This document shows, piece by piece, positions 9,776-21,100 of a stretch of DNA of 64,000 bases. How positions within the stretch are numbered: position 1 is the stretch's first letter; each line of letters opens with the position of its first letter. The DNA is from Tepidisphaera sp. (GTDB taxonomy: Bacteria > Planctomycetota > Phycisphaerae > Phycisphaerales > UBA1924). The stretch spans positions 2,176,001-2,240,000 of the forward strand of contig CP051526.1 in NCBI GenBank assembly GCA_050916045.1, given 5' to 3'. The notes under the pieces were generated by a model. That model had not been told where the DNA came from. It saw only the letters and a program-made list of their open reading frames with translations, and ran no database searches. Position numbers and translations under genes: made by a program.

Positions 9776-10686
9776 GGCGTTCCCCCTTGCGGCTTTGAAT
9801 TGGGGGATGTGGGGGTCAGCGTGAGCTGCATCTGGACGCCCTTGCCGCTGGTGGTGATCTGCGGCTGCGCGGGTGCCCACCCGGGCGCGGACCCAAGGGC
9901 CGAAGCCAGCTTCTCCGCTTCGGGGAGCGTGGGCAGCAGGGCGCTGAGGCTGAGCTGCGAGGGCGCGGCGGAGATCGACTGGACCTGGGCTTTTGTCCCA
10001 CGCGGCCACGCGGCGAGCACCGAGGCGAGCGGGTCGGCCGCGTCGGCGAGGCCGAGGCTGGCTTGCGAGTTCCGGGTCGCCCGCAGACGCGAGAGCTCGC
10101 GATCGAGCGTTACCGATCGTTCGTGAGCGGGCTGGTCGGGCCGGATCCCAAGGTCCTGCGCGGGCTGGGAGCGGACCAGTTCGTCCAGGGCCGCAACCGA
10201 GGCTCGTTCGGCTCCCCGGGCGTGGGCGGCGCGGCGCTCGAAGCCGACGACGCACCCGAAAGCGACCATCGCCGCGAGCCCCGCGACCGCGAGAGACCGG
10301 TGGCGGCGGGCGGCCAGCACCGCTCGCGGCTCGAACGCGCCCGTGAGCACGTTGAGCGATTCAGGGTCGGCGTCTTGCGTCAGCCACTCCGGCAGTGCCG
10401 AAGGCGCGACCGTGATCGCGGAGGCGAGATCAGGCTCGCCCAGCGCCGCAGCCGGCAGGGCGCACGCCAGCACCGAGCCATCCGCGAGCATTTTGTACGC
10501 GGGGGCAACGGTCGCCAGTTCCACCGGAAGGTGGGCGGCGAACGCTTCGCCCAGCACCGCGCGTGTCATGGACGTGCCGAGGCTTCGGGCCGTGACCACC
10601 GCCAGGTCCGGAGACGGTGTGAGGACCGACCAGTAGAACCGCTCGGGCGTGAGACGCGGGTGGAGATGGTTGGGAGAGCCGGTCAT
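9772..10686 (-). CDS. T2SS GspL/PilN-like protein
   Basis: Cytoplasmic N-domain, a SLNVL motif before the TM (LAVAGLAAMVAFGCVVGF), coiled coil, PilN-like C-domain (WPRGTKAQVQSISAAPSQLSLSA). Coupled overlaps on both sides. Confidence 0.6.
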   Translation of the reverse strand: MTGSPNHLHPRLTPERFYWSVLTPSPDLAVVTARSLGTSMTRAVLGEAFAAHLPVELATVAPAYKMLADGSVLACALPAAALGEPDLASAITVAPSALPEWLTQDADPESLNVLTGAFEPRAVLAARRHRSLAVAGLAAMVAFGCVVGFERRAAHARGAERASVAALDELVRSQPAQDLGIRPDQPAHERSVTLDRELSRLRATRNSQASLGLADAADPLASVLAAWPRGTKAQVQSISAAPSQLSLSALLPTLPEAEKLASALGSAPGWAPAQPQITTSGKGVQMQLTLTPTSPNSKPQGGTP

Positions 10687-11210
10687 GTGCCGGGCCTCCG
10701 TTCATCGTTCAGCGACAGCTTGCGGACGGTCTCCCCGTCGGCGAGCTCGATCGTGTCGGCGGTCAGCGAGGCCACGGTGTAGCTGGCTTTGCTCGTGGTG
10801 ATCTTCTCGCCCGCGGCGACGATGAGCATCTGGTCGCTCTCGGGGTCGTAGAGGGCGGCACGCAGCACGGGCGGACCGCCGTCTGTGGGTGTGTCTCGCG
10901 TGATGCCGATGAGCTGGAGCTTGAGCGGAGGAGGCGGTGTCTTCTGGGCGACCACGGGCGCGGGCGGCGGCACCGGCGTCGGGGTCCAGAGGGTGACCTT
11001 GAACGCGTCCGCGTTGAAGGCGACGCCGGCGGGGCCAGCGGGAGCGTGCACCGGGTCCGGTCCCGAGGCGAGCGTGATGGGCTCGGGTTCCAACGGCCAG
11101 AGCGCCCACGCAGCCAAGCACGCCACTGCCGCGACGCCCACGGCCGCCAGACGCCGCGTCGAGCGGCGAAGAGCCAGGACGGGATTGTGGGGTGTGCGGG
11201 TGGGGGTCAT
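10683..11210 (-). CDS. T2SS GspC/PilP-like protein (TM, Pro-rich linker, HR-like domain)
   Basis: TM LAAVGVAAVACLAAWALW, Pro-rich linker, then LKLQLIGIT...AALYD...VAAGEKI...YTVASLTADTIEL. ATG overlaps the GspE stop. Confidence 0.6.
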   Translation of the reverse strand: MTPTRTPHNPVLALRRSTRRLAAVGVAAVACLAAWALWPLEPEPITLASGPDPVHAPAGPAGVAFNADAFKVTLWTPTPVPPPAPVVAQKTPPPPLKLQLIGITRDTPTDGGPPVLRAALYDPESDQMLIVAAGEKITTSKASYTVASLTADTIELADGETVRKLSLNDERRPGT

Positions 11211-12730
11211 CCTTCGAGCCCCTGAATGACCCGCTGCACCTCGACCATCGAGGTGATGCGTTCGCTTGCGAGGCGCTGGCCTTCTTCCATGAGCGTCTGC
11301 ATGCCGCCCGCCCGGGCCGTCTCGCGGATGGTCTGCTCGCTGGCTTTGGACGAGATGAGCTCCCGCACACGGTCCGTGACCGTGAGCATCTCGAAGACGC
11401 CGAGCCTCCCTCTGTACCCGAGGTTGAGGCAGTCCTCGCAGCCCTGACCGTCGCACGGGCCGTGGAGCCGGCGAACCAGCCGCTGGGCCAAGACCGCCGA
11501 GAGCGACGCGCTGACGAGGTAGGGCTCGATGCCGAGATCGACGAGCCTCGTCACCGCCGAAGCCGCGTCGTTGGTGTGGAGCGTGCTGAGCACGAGGTGG
11601 CCCGTCAGCGACGCCTGCATCGCCATGCGGGCGGTTTCTTCGTCTCGGATCTCGCCGACCATCACCACGTCCGGGTCCTGCCGCAGGATGTGCCGGAGGC
11701 CCGTGGCGAAGGTGAGCCCCTTCTTGGGGTTGACCTGCGTCTGGCTCACCGCGACGCCCACCGTCGAGAGCTCGTACTCGATGGGGTCCTCGATGGTCAT
11801 GATGTTGTGCTCACCGGAAGCGCCGCCCGTAGAGGACGACGCCATCAAGCGGAGCGAGGCGTAGAGCGTCGTCGTCTTGCCGCTCCCCGTCGGGCCCGTG
11901 ACGAGCACGATGCCGTGGGCGCGGCTGAGGCGCTCTTCGAGGCGATCTTGGATGTCGCGCGGCATGCCGATCCGAGCGAGATCGATCAAGTGCTGGTCGC
12001 GGGAGTTGTCGAGCAGGCGGACGACCGCCCGCTCCCCGTAGCTCGTGGGCAGCGTGCTCACGCGGAGATCGATCGATCGCGTCCCGTCGCTTCCTTGTCC
12101 GCTTCCAATGGTGACGGTCGCCCGGCCGTCCTGCGGGGCTCCACGCTCGGCCACGTCCATCCGCGACATCACCTTGATGCGGGTCACGACCGACGCCGCG
12201 AGCACGGCGGGAAGCTCACGCACGTCGTGGAGCACGCCGTCCAGCCGGAACCGCACCAGCGTCCGGTCCGCGAGCGGCTGCACGTGCACATCGCTCGCCC
12301 GGCGGGAGAGGGCGTCGAACAGGATCATGTCCACAAGCCGGATCACCGGGCCCTTGCCCTCGATGCGAAGGAGGTCGCGGTCGGCTTCGGTGAGCAGCTT
12401 GGCGGCCTCGGCCTGTGCTTCGGCGTCGCCGGTGAGGTCGGAGGCGTGCTCGGCCGCGTCATTCGAAGCGTGCGGGTAGTGCAGGTCGATCGCGCGGGCG
12501 ATCGCTTCGGGCTCGTCGAGGACCGTCGTGACGGGCGAGGCCAGAGCAAGCGCCACGTTCCCCGGGATCCACGGCGGCGTCGAAGCCGCGACCCGCAGCA
12601 CTTCGGCCCCATTCCGCACCCCACCACCGAGCACCAGGTGCCTCCGGCAGAGCTCGCGCGGCACGCGGGCCAGGAACGACGCCGATGGCTCGCTCCACGC
12701 CGGACCCGTGATGACCGCCTGCTCGCTCAT
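11207..12730 (-). CDS. gspE: T2SS ATPase GspE/PulE family
   Basis: ASDVHVQP, RFRLDGVL, PQDGR, DLRVSTLP, Walker A GPTGSGKTTT, TIEDPIEY, LRQDPDVVMVGEIRD, TGHLVLSTLHTND. Confidence 0.93.
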   Translation of the reverse strand: MSEQAVITGPAWSEPSASFLARVPRELCRRHLVLGGGVRNGAEVLRVAASTPPWIPGNVALALASPVTTVLDEPEAIARAIDLHYPHASNDAAEHASDLTGDAEAQAEAAKLLTEADRDLLRIEGKGPVIRLVDMILFDALSRRASDVHVQPLADRTLVRFRLDGVLHDVRELPAVLAASVVTRIKVMSRMDVAERGAPQDGRATVTIGSGQGSDGTRSIDLRVSTLPTSYGERAVVRLLDNSRDQHLIDLARIGMPRDIQDRLEERLSRAHGIVLVTGPTGSGKTTTLYASLRLMASSSTGGASGEHNIMTIEDPIEYELSTVGVAVSQTQVNPKKGLTFATGLRHILRQDPDVVMVGEIRDEETARMAMQASLTGHLVLSTLHTNDAASAVTRLVDLGIEPYLVSASLSAVLAQRLVRRLHGPCDGQGCEDCLNLGYRGRLGVFEMLTVTDRVRELISSKASEQTIRETARAGGMQTLMEEGQRLASERITSMVEVQRVIQGLEG

Positions 12731-12766
12731 GGCCGTCCTACGAATGCCGAATGCCCAATGCCGCTC

Positions 12767-14947
12767 TTACTTGATCACCCGGGGCTCGACCTTCGGCCAG
12801 CCATCGCCGAACCCAAGGTCGTTCTGCTCGACGGTTCGCCCGCTCACGTACTTGAGATCCTCGAACCCGCTGTCCCGCATGACGTTGGCCCGGATCAGGA
12901 CGAAGAACCGCGTCCGGTCCCGGGTCACGGTGTTGTTCTGGAAGAGGAACCCAAGGAACGGGATCTGCCCGAGCAGCGGCACCCGCGAGGTGTCGTCGGT
13001 GTCGTTCTTGAGCTCGATGCCGCCGACCACGACCGCGTGGCCGTCGGGGATCATCGCGACGCTGCTCACGGTGTTCTGCTGGCGAGCGCCGGGCAGGCCC
13101 TCGGCCGTCGGGTTGCCCGTGAAGGAGCTGAGCTCGACGTTGTAGGTCAGGACGAGGTGGTCGCCCTCGGCGATCTGCGGTTTCACATTGATCCGCGTGC
13201 CTGCGTCCTGGAAGCCGCCGAACCCGCGCGTCGTCGTGCTGGTGGTGTCGGTGCTGATGGTGCCGGTGGGCTGCTGAGCGACGGAACTGAAGGTCGCCTG
13301 CTGGTTGTTGCCGACGAGGATGGAAGGAACGCTCGTCGAGCGACCGTTGTTGATCGACTCGAACGCCCGGATGACGGCGGTGAAGTCCCCGACGTTGATG
13401 TAGCTCGCGGTGAAGCCTGTTCCTGGCGTCACCGGCGGGCCGCCGCCGCTGGCACCGTTAAAGATCGAGCTCAGCCGCACCGCGCCGTCCGCGAGCGAGG
13501 TGATCTTGTCAAGCTCGACCCCGAGCGCCCGGCTCTGGCCGTCGGTCAGGCTGATCATCGCGACCTCGATCATGACCTGGGGTTGCCGAACGTCGAGCGT
13601 GGTGAGAAGCGTCTCGACCTGCGCAAGCACACGCGGCTCAGCGACGACGATGATGGTGTTGGTGCCCTCATCGGCGGTGATCTGCGTCGTGGGCTCGTTC
13701 CGTCGTGTAGTCGAAGAGAGAACCTCGGCGCGACGGGTCGGGGTCTCGGTCCCGGGCAGGAGCCCGCTCGTGTTCTCCGTACTCGTGGTCAGAAGCTCGG
13801 TGAGCACCGAGACGACCTCCTTCACCGGGCGGTTCCGCACCGTGAACGACTTGGCGAGCATCGGAGCCGAGCCCGAAGCCGCGTCGATACGATTGAGCAG
13901 TTCCGAGATCTTGGCGTGCTGCGACGCCGTGGCCGTCACGATGAGCGTGCCGGTGAACTCGTCCGCGATGACTTGGGCAGACGGTCCTTCGGGCTTGGGG
14001 CCCGAACCGATCCCCGCGACCTGCTCGACGAGGTTGACGAGGGATTTGGCATCCGCGTTCTTGGGCGTGTAGTTCCGGGTCTCCATCGCCTGCCGGGTGT
14101 CGAGCTTGGCGATGAGGTCCTTCCAGAACGCGAGGTGCTCTTTGGGAGAGAGGATGAGGACCGCGTTCGCGCCGGGCTGCGGCAGCACGTCGCCGGGTGG
14201 ACGCTGGTTGGCGGCTGGATTCGCGGGCCCGCCCGGCTGGCGGCCCATATCGCGGACGAAGGCGATGATGTCGGAGGGGCTGGCGTTGACGAGCGGGACC
14301 TCGACCAACTCGGTCGGAGCCTGTGGGGTGTCGACCCGGGCGAGGAAGTCGGCCGCTAGCTTGAGACGCGGCACCAGATCCGAAACCAATAAGAGGTCGG
14401 ATTCGCCGACCGCCGTGATGGTCGAGCCGGACTTGGACAGCACAGTTTTGAGCAATTCAGCGACAACCTTGGGTTGCCGGTGCTGCACCTTGAGGAACAC
14501 AGAGGCGTAGCCCGGCTCAAATCCGTGCCACACCAGCTTGTTCCCCTCAAACGGCCCCTCCGGCATCACGAGGTTGGCTGCGTCCATAAGGCGGACGACC
14601 GTAAAGGCTTGCTGTGGCATGTCTTGTCCCGCAATCGGTTTCGTCGCCTGGACAAGCGTGAATCCGCGGCTTGTAAGGGCTGCGTTGACCGCGTTCCAAA
14701 GCTCGGAATCTGGAATGCCCCGATCCCCGGCACCCCTGAGCGTCACCGACCCCTTGAACGCGGCCGGATCATACTCGATGCGGACGCCAAGGCGCGACGC
14801 CGCAAGATCAACGAGCCGCGAGAGTTCTACGTTGCCCGACAGTGCGACGGTTCCTGCAGGTTGGGAAGGCCGGGCCAGGGTCTCGAGATCGGTCACCATC
14901 ATGCTCAAGAGAACAACAAGGCAACAGGCAAGGCGGGGACGCTTCAT
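12767..14947 (-). CDS. gspD: T2SS secretin GspD-like
   Basis: Signal peptide MKRPRLACCLVVLLS, repeated N-domains, LDVRQPQVMIEVAMISL, DAGTRINVKPQI, SRVPLLGQIPFLGFLFQ, FFVLIRANV. Confidence 0.9.
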   Translation of the reverse strand: MKRPRLACCLVVLLSMMVTDLETLARPSQPAGTVALSGNVELSRLVDLAASRLGVRIEYDPAAFKGSVTLRGAGDRGIPDSELWNAVNAALTSRGFTLVQATKPIAGQDMPQQAFTVVRLMDAANLVMPEGPFEGNKLVWHGFEPGYASVFLKVQHRQPKVVAELLKTVLSKSGSTITAVGESDLLLVSDLVPRLKLAADFLARVDTPQAPTELVEVPLVNASPSDIIAFVRDMGRQPGGPANPAANQRPPGDVLPQPGANAVLILSPKEHLAFWKDLIAKLDTRQAMETRNYTPKNADAKSLVNLVEQVAGIGSGPKPEGPSAQVIADEFTGTLIVTATASQHAKISELLNRIDAASGSAPMLAKSFTVRNRPVKEVVSVLTELLTTSTENTSGLLPGTETPTRRAEVLSSTTRRNEPTTQITADEGTNTIIVVAEPRVLAQVETLLTTLDVRQPQVMIEVAMISLTDGQSRALGVELDKITSLADGAVRLSSIFNGASGGGPPVTPGTGFTASYINVGDFTAVIRAFESINNGRSTSVPSILVGNNQQATFSSVAQQPTGTISTDTTSTTTRGFGGFQDAGTRINVKPQIAEGDHLVLTYNVELSSFTGNPTAEGLPGARQQNTVSSVAMIPDGHAVVVGGIELKNDTDDTSRVPLLGQIPFLGFLFQNNTVTRDRTRFFVLIRANVMRDSGFEDLKYVSGRTVEQNDLGFGDGWPKVEPRVIK

Positions 14948-15160
14948 AGGGAGCGAAGCATACCACGCGAGGGATCGCGGGGGAGAGTCCGGAGATTCTC
15001 GCAATGGAAACCTGTCGAAACGACAATCGTTCGGGACCACAGCGGAAATGGACCCTCAACCAGTTTTTTGTTCACTTTGCGAAACCGCAGCACTTGGCTC
15101 CACGCATTTCGGGTATCCTACCCGCCCTTGCCGCTGTCTGCGGCAATTCGGAGAATGGCG
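14948..15160. promoter_or_regulatory. Divergent intergenic region shared by the gspD operon and the rhs gene
   Basis: 213 bp between head-to-head starts, with an AT-rich tract (CAGTTTTTTGTTCACTTTGCGAAA). No promoter boxes assigned. Confidence 0.5.
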
Positions 15161-18100
15161 ATGAGCGTCAGACTTGTTCTTGCGTCAGCTCTGTCACTTA
15201 GTGTTTTCGCGCCTCGGCTCCTGGCGCAGACTGAGCCGACTCGAAGCCAAATCCCAGTGGTACCGATCAGCACGCCGTGCAGTACCTCCGATTTCAGATT
15301 GTGGGGCGGTTGGTTTTCCGAGCATCAGCCGGCTCACGCGAACCCCCACCAAGGTCCCGTCCATCCGTCTCCGCCCTATGCGGATGGAGACTTGGGGTTT
15401 TATCAGCAAGTCCATCCGAGTTGGGCGATCAGCCAAGGCACCTTTGCTCCTCGCTACGCTGACTTTCGACGCGGCTCCTATCCAATGGTCCCTGCTGAAG
15501 AAATGGGCGGTGGCACGACGCCGCGGTTTGAGCGAGCTCTCGCCGGGGGGATCGTCGATCTTGTGACAGGTAAGCCTCTCATCCAGGAAGAGGACTTCGC
15601 TCTTCCCTTCGGCGGCGCAGAGTTCAGACACCTCCGCACCAGCACGGTTCGACACTACGCAAACGAGAATAACTACCTCTCGGCGATGCTCGACAAGGAA
15701 TCCACCGAGTGGCTGGATTGGCACGGCTATTCGTGGATGATGAGCGAGAGCCCGGTGCTCCTCGTTGACCTGGCATTCGGCGATGTTCAGTTCGACCGCG
15801 GCCGCCGCTGCTACTTTGTCCCGGACGCGTTTCACGCAATCCCCTTCGACTTTGACACCGACAACGGACAATACACCGCACCGCCAAGATTTCGCGCGGG
15901 ACTTACCTACAGGGATGGATATACCTGGGTCTCCGAGGATCCGGGCTTGAACCCCAATGGCGGCTCATGGAGCTTCAATGGCTCCCCGACGCCCGGCGGG
16001 CACGGTCCGGACGAGTTCTACCTCCATCTCGATGGAGGCGCTCTCACGTACACCTTCAAGGTCGTGTTCAATTCGACGCCGCAGTATGCTGCCGATGGCT
16101 CGCTCCTCAACAGCCACGAGCAACCGACGACGGTGCTTGGGAGCTGGAATCCTGCCACAGCGCCCACGTCGGTCGCCGACCCCAGCATCTCGGGCTTCGG
16201 CGTTCCTCGGATTGCATTGCTCAAACAGATTGAGGACCGACGCGGCAATCGGGTCGAAATAGACCACGTGGAGGTTGAGCAATTCTCCGGCCCAGAGTTC
16301 GACGCCGACGATCCCACGACATTTCCGGCGGTTCAGGGGTGTTTCCAGAACACCAACGCCCTCGGGCAGATTTCCCGCGTTCGACTGACGATTCCCAACG
16401 GCGAGTCACGTCAGACTGCATGGACCCTCTTCTACATCTATAGAGCCTTCGACGACTGCTTCCTCAAGGAGTACGGGGGCCTCGTCAGGAGGTTCGGTCA
16501 GCTTCGCAAGCCGGTGCTTGTCGATTCCATCGTCGCGTACGAGGGTGAACCCGCGGGCACGCCCGCGTGGGCGAACGGCTTCACGATTCCGCCGGGGAAC
16601 TTCGAAGAGGATGAAGGAAGCTTTACGGCGATGCGCGCCGTGCATGACATGAATGTGCTTCAATTCAGCTCGCCGGAGGTGAGCTGGGAGTTCCCGGCGA
16701 CGTGGAGCGTGCACTCTCGTTATCTTTACTCAGAACCGTACAGCGTAGCGCAAGGCTCGCCCACGCAGTGCTACACGCCCATGACGGGCTTCACGAGCGC
16801 GTCAGTCAAATCGGACATTGAGCCCTACTTGCTGATGCGGACAGTGCGCTCGCAAACCTTCGTGGGAACATCGTCCGTCGTTACTTCGGACCACCGGGTC
16901 TACAAATACACCGATCCGCAATGGGAAGGCGTGTCAATTTCGCCGTCACCGACCGGGTACGATCCGTACCCAAGCCAGCAACTGAGCTACGTCTTTGCCA
17001 ATGATACCATTGAGTCCATCATTGACCGACCGTTCACAGGGTTTGACATCCCCGACGACAAACTCAAGCCCTCTGATCTCATCGGCCTTTCCACGCCGAC
17101 AGAAATCTCGGTGATCCAGCAGGCTGAGGAGGATCCGGAACTGATCGCTCTCGGTGATCTTGCGGACCTTCGTCTTTTCCGGATGCACCAGGACACACTG
17201 CCTCAGCAGCTGAATAGCCAAGCAGTGATGTCGAACGCGTTTCGACATGATCCGTATACGGGACAACTCGTGGACGCCATCGGGTCGACGACCGATATCT
17301 CTGGCAACCGTCTCTTCGCGGGCAATGAGCACTTCGTCGAACTACTTGTGCTTGCGCAGGGGGCGTTCGGGGAACACGCATTCAGCGTCTACCCGTTTGC
17401 GGTCATTCCTGCGCATGTGGCCTCGCCGACCATTTCTGCTGGTGCCTATTGCGCGGATCATCACGAAGAGGTTGTCGGCTCCATCTGGCCCATGTCTTGG
17501 CACTACTTGGGACGTGGGATGTTCCACGATCCCTTCCTGTACGGCATCACATGGCAAAGCACCGGAGTTGAGGAGAGCTACACGCAGGTGCAGGCCGATT
17601 GGTCCGCTGACGCGTGGATTCATGTTGTCGAGGAATATCCCTCGGCCAAGGCGGGACTCGCGCTGTGGCCGACCAACGGCGAGGGCACGCCGCTGCCGGC
17701 GCTGCCTCGCGCAAAGGTGGTAACGGAAGGCGGTACAACTCGTATCACGAGCAACAGGCCCGTAACTCGGCGATATGTCTCGTCGGTTAACGCGGCCGGC
17801 CACATGCTCCGCGAGAAGGAATGGACGTTTGATGACGCCGGGCGAATCCAGCCCGGCGAAGAGAACGGGATCGGCGGCTCTCTAGGCTACGACGACGACC
17901 GGCGCGTGATCTGGCGGCAGGCCCCATCAGCTCTCACAGAATCTGAGCGGGACACCGCGTCGCTGGTCGAAATGTTCGAGTATGGCCCAGATGATGTCAA
18001 CGGGAAGCCATCCCAGCAGGTGGTCCGCACCAGCATCAAGTGGGGCAAGACCGGAACACCCTACGCCGTGAAGAGCTTCGAGCACCACGGCAGCCGCCCG

Positions 18101-21100
18101 GAGCTGGTGATCGCGGAGATCCAGCATGGCGACGGCACCACCGAAATTCGAACCGACACCTACTACGAGTTCGACACGGAGGGGTGGCCGACCGTCGACA
18201 GTAAGATTCGCCGCACCACGGTGGCACGGCCGGCCGTTTTCAGGGACAGTTCGGGCACGCAGTACCGTCCGGTTGTGCGAGAAGAATTCGACGACTCGGG
18301 AAGGGTGGTTTGGCGCGGCCAGGGTCTGATGAAGGTCACTGGGCCTACAGATGAGCATTGGAAAGAACCCGCCGACGCCGACGACTTCTTCACCGTAGAC
18401 CACTTTCAGTACGACGTTCAGGGCCGCATTCTGGTCCACGTGTTTGACGTGAATACCGCTTCACCCGCATCAGCGCTTATCCAGGGGAGCGGCCCGGCGG
18501 CGACTGTCGGGACGGTCCCCGCGGCCTTCGTGCGGCAGGACGCTGACAATCCCACGGCCGCTCACGAGTGCGTCAAGTACGAATACGGCAACCTCGGCCT
18601 CGAAAGGACGCATTACCCCAACGGGAAGTCGACGGTCGTCACCTATGCCCAGCAGGATGGCGACCTCATCGAAAGCACGTATCCCAACGTGAACGTGAGC
18701 GGCACGGGAGATCTCTACGCTGGGGCGACCGCAGGGTCCGCTCGTGTCTATCGCAATTCCCGGATCGTGCAGGAAGACCGCCTCGTCTGGCAGCCCAATG
18801 CCTCGAGTTCCGACTTGGCGAATCTCACCTCGATCAACATGGCCAGGTTCACCCCAACCTACGACGCTGCCGGACGACTGGCGACGCTGGATCTGGCCGA
18901 CCAGAAATCCGGCGAGCAAATCAGGAAGCGTCAGCGCGTGGACCAATTCGGCGAGCTCACGCGCGAGGAATCGGTCGAAGGGCTTGTAACGCGAACCGAG
19001 CGCGACTATCGAGGGCGGGTGTGGCGCGTGTTCCGGGGCACTGAGGATGGCGACAAGTACTGGTACGGCACGCCAACAGATCAGGGGCCGGACAACATGC
19101 TTCTGGTCGAGAAGCGTGCCTACGGCGTCGAGAACCCGAAGGACTGCTTGAAGGTCACCCAAGTCAGGCGGTATCTCGATCGGCTTCCTCTTGCGGGCGT
19201 TGCACAACTGCAGTACGACAGATGGAACGATGATCAAGACCTCTATGGGCAGGTCGAGACCACAGAGTATGACTGGCGTTCCCGGCCAGTGCGCACGATC
19301 AAGTCCAACTGCGCTCCGGACCCTGTGACAGGTCTTCCGGTTCTCACGCCACTCTCCTATACCGACCGGTTCATTGACATGCTGGGTCGCGAGCGGTTCG
19401 TTGCCACCTATGGCGCAACGCCTTCGGCTCTAAATCCGGCCGAGTTGCCCGACGCAGATTCAACCCCGTCCGCCGTGGACATCCTCACCGCGGCGCCTTC
19501 GAGCATCATCGGACTCACCGAGAACCTCTACGATGACGCGGGGAACATCGTCGAGCTCCGCACTTACGCGGTCAAAACGGCGGCAGGCACGATCGACACT
19601 TCCGGCACAAACTACCTGTCCTCCAAAACCTATCGCGATGGCGCGGGGCGTGTACTGATGACGGTGTCATCGGGAGGGGTGATCACCAAGCACCGCTACG
19701 ACTCGAAGGGACGCGAGATCGACGCCCGGACGCTCGTGGGTGGAATCGAAACATCACGCACAATCTCGACGTACGACAACGATGGACGGGTGATTAAGTC
19801 AGAGCGGCGAGACAGGATGCACAATGCGTCGGTGACGACGCTCGACGACTCGACGACGCCGCAGTACATCTCCACCTATGCGATGAACTGGTACGACGAA
19901 TCTTCGGGTCGTCTCTTGGCGACGGCCGACCTGGGCACGGCATCCACCACCGATGTCTTCGCTCCCAACGCGTCTAGTGCGGTGACAATTCCCGCGGCTC
20001 AGCTCATCGTGGATGCCATTCCCAATCCCTACCTCGCGACACCGGAAAGCACCTCGCAATGGCGGTTGAAATCTCCCGCCCGTGGGGAGGGTGCGAGCTT
20101 CAGCCCCGCGCTTCCCGCCGGCGCGATGGTCACCCGCTACGAGTACGACAAAGGCGGACGCCAATACCGCGTCATCGACGCGCAGACCGGCCGGGTGACC
20201 GAGCAGATGTTCGACGGCTTCGGACAGGTCGTCTGCAAGCTCGAATATCCAGAAACCGACCTCGTGGCAAGCCCCACTCCGGATGGTTCGGTTCCCCGGC
20301 GTCTGACGTTCTACCGGTACGCCAAGGGGAAGCTGACCGGCATTGCGAGCGTAACCCCCGCGACGCCCGCTCTCCCCATGATTCAGCCCGCCGATGTCGG
20401 TATGGATGATCGCTGGGATGATGTGTCGAAGCCTTTCCTCGTCGACCCGCTCGCCCCGGTGGCGCAGTGGGCTGACATTCAGATCACAACACTTCTGGCG
20501 AAAGCCGATGTGGTGGACACCTCGGGGAACGTCATTACAGAGGATCCCACGCTTGTCGGCTCCCTTCGCATGCCCTACGGGGACGGCGAAACCCCCAAGT
20601 TCCTCTCCTTCACCTACCAGAGCGATGGCAAACTTGCCTCGCGCAAGGATCAGAGGGATGTTGAGTTCACCTATTCCTACGACGGACTTGACCGCATTCG
20701 TCTACTCGACGTCAGTTACCCTTGGGAGCCAAGCCCGGTTGGCACCCTACCGCCCGACCGTGTCGGACGCATCGAGTATGAGTACGACGCAGCAACGCTA
20801 CGGCTGAAGTCCCTGATTGCCAAGACCAAGCAGGATCCGTCCAGCCCGGGTGACCCTCCGTCATACGTGGTGGCTGGCACGGCTTTCGCATACGACGGCC
20901 GCGGAAACCTCACCCGCGACTACCAGGAGATCGGAGCGGCCGCGAGCACTACCGGCACACTGTCTCCGTATACGCAGTATCTGTGGACCTATGCGACCGC
21001 CCACTCAGGCGGTGCGAACTTCTCGCGGCTGGAACTCATCACGTATCCGAAACGTCCCGGCTCAGTAGCCGGAGGTCGGCGCGTGCAGATGGAGTACGGC

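Noticed and set aside
11192..14359. 1055-aa plus-strand ORF
   Set aside because: Antisense shadow of gspE/gspD in high-GC DNA, with no motifs of its own.
14474..15160. ORF-track start giving a 2987-aa Rhs
   Set aside because: It overlaps gspD on the opposite strand. The RBS and signal peptide point to ATG 15161.
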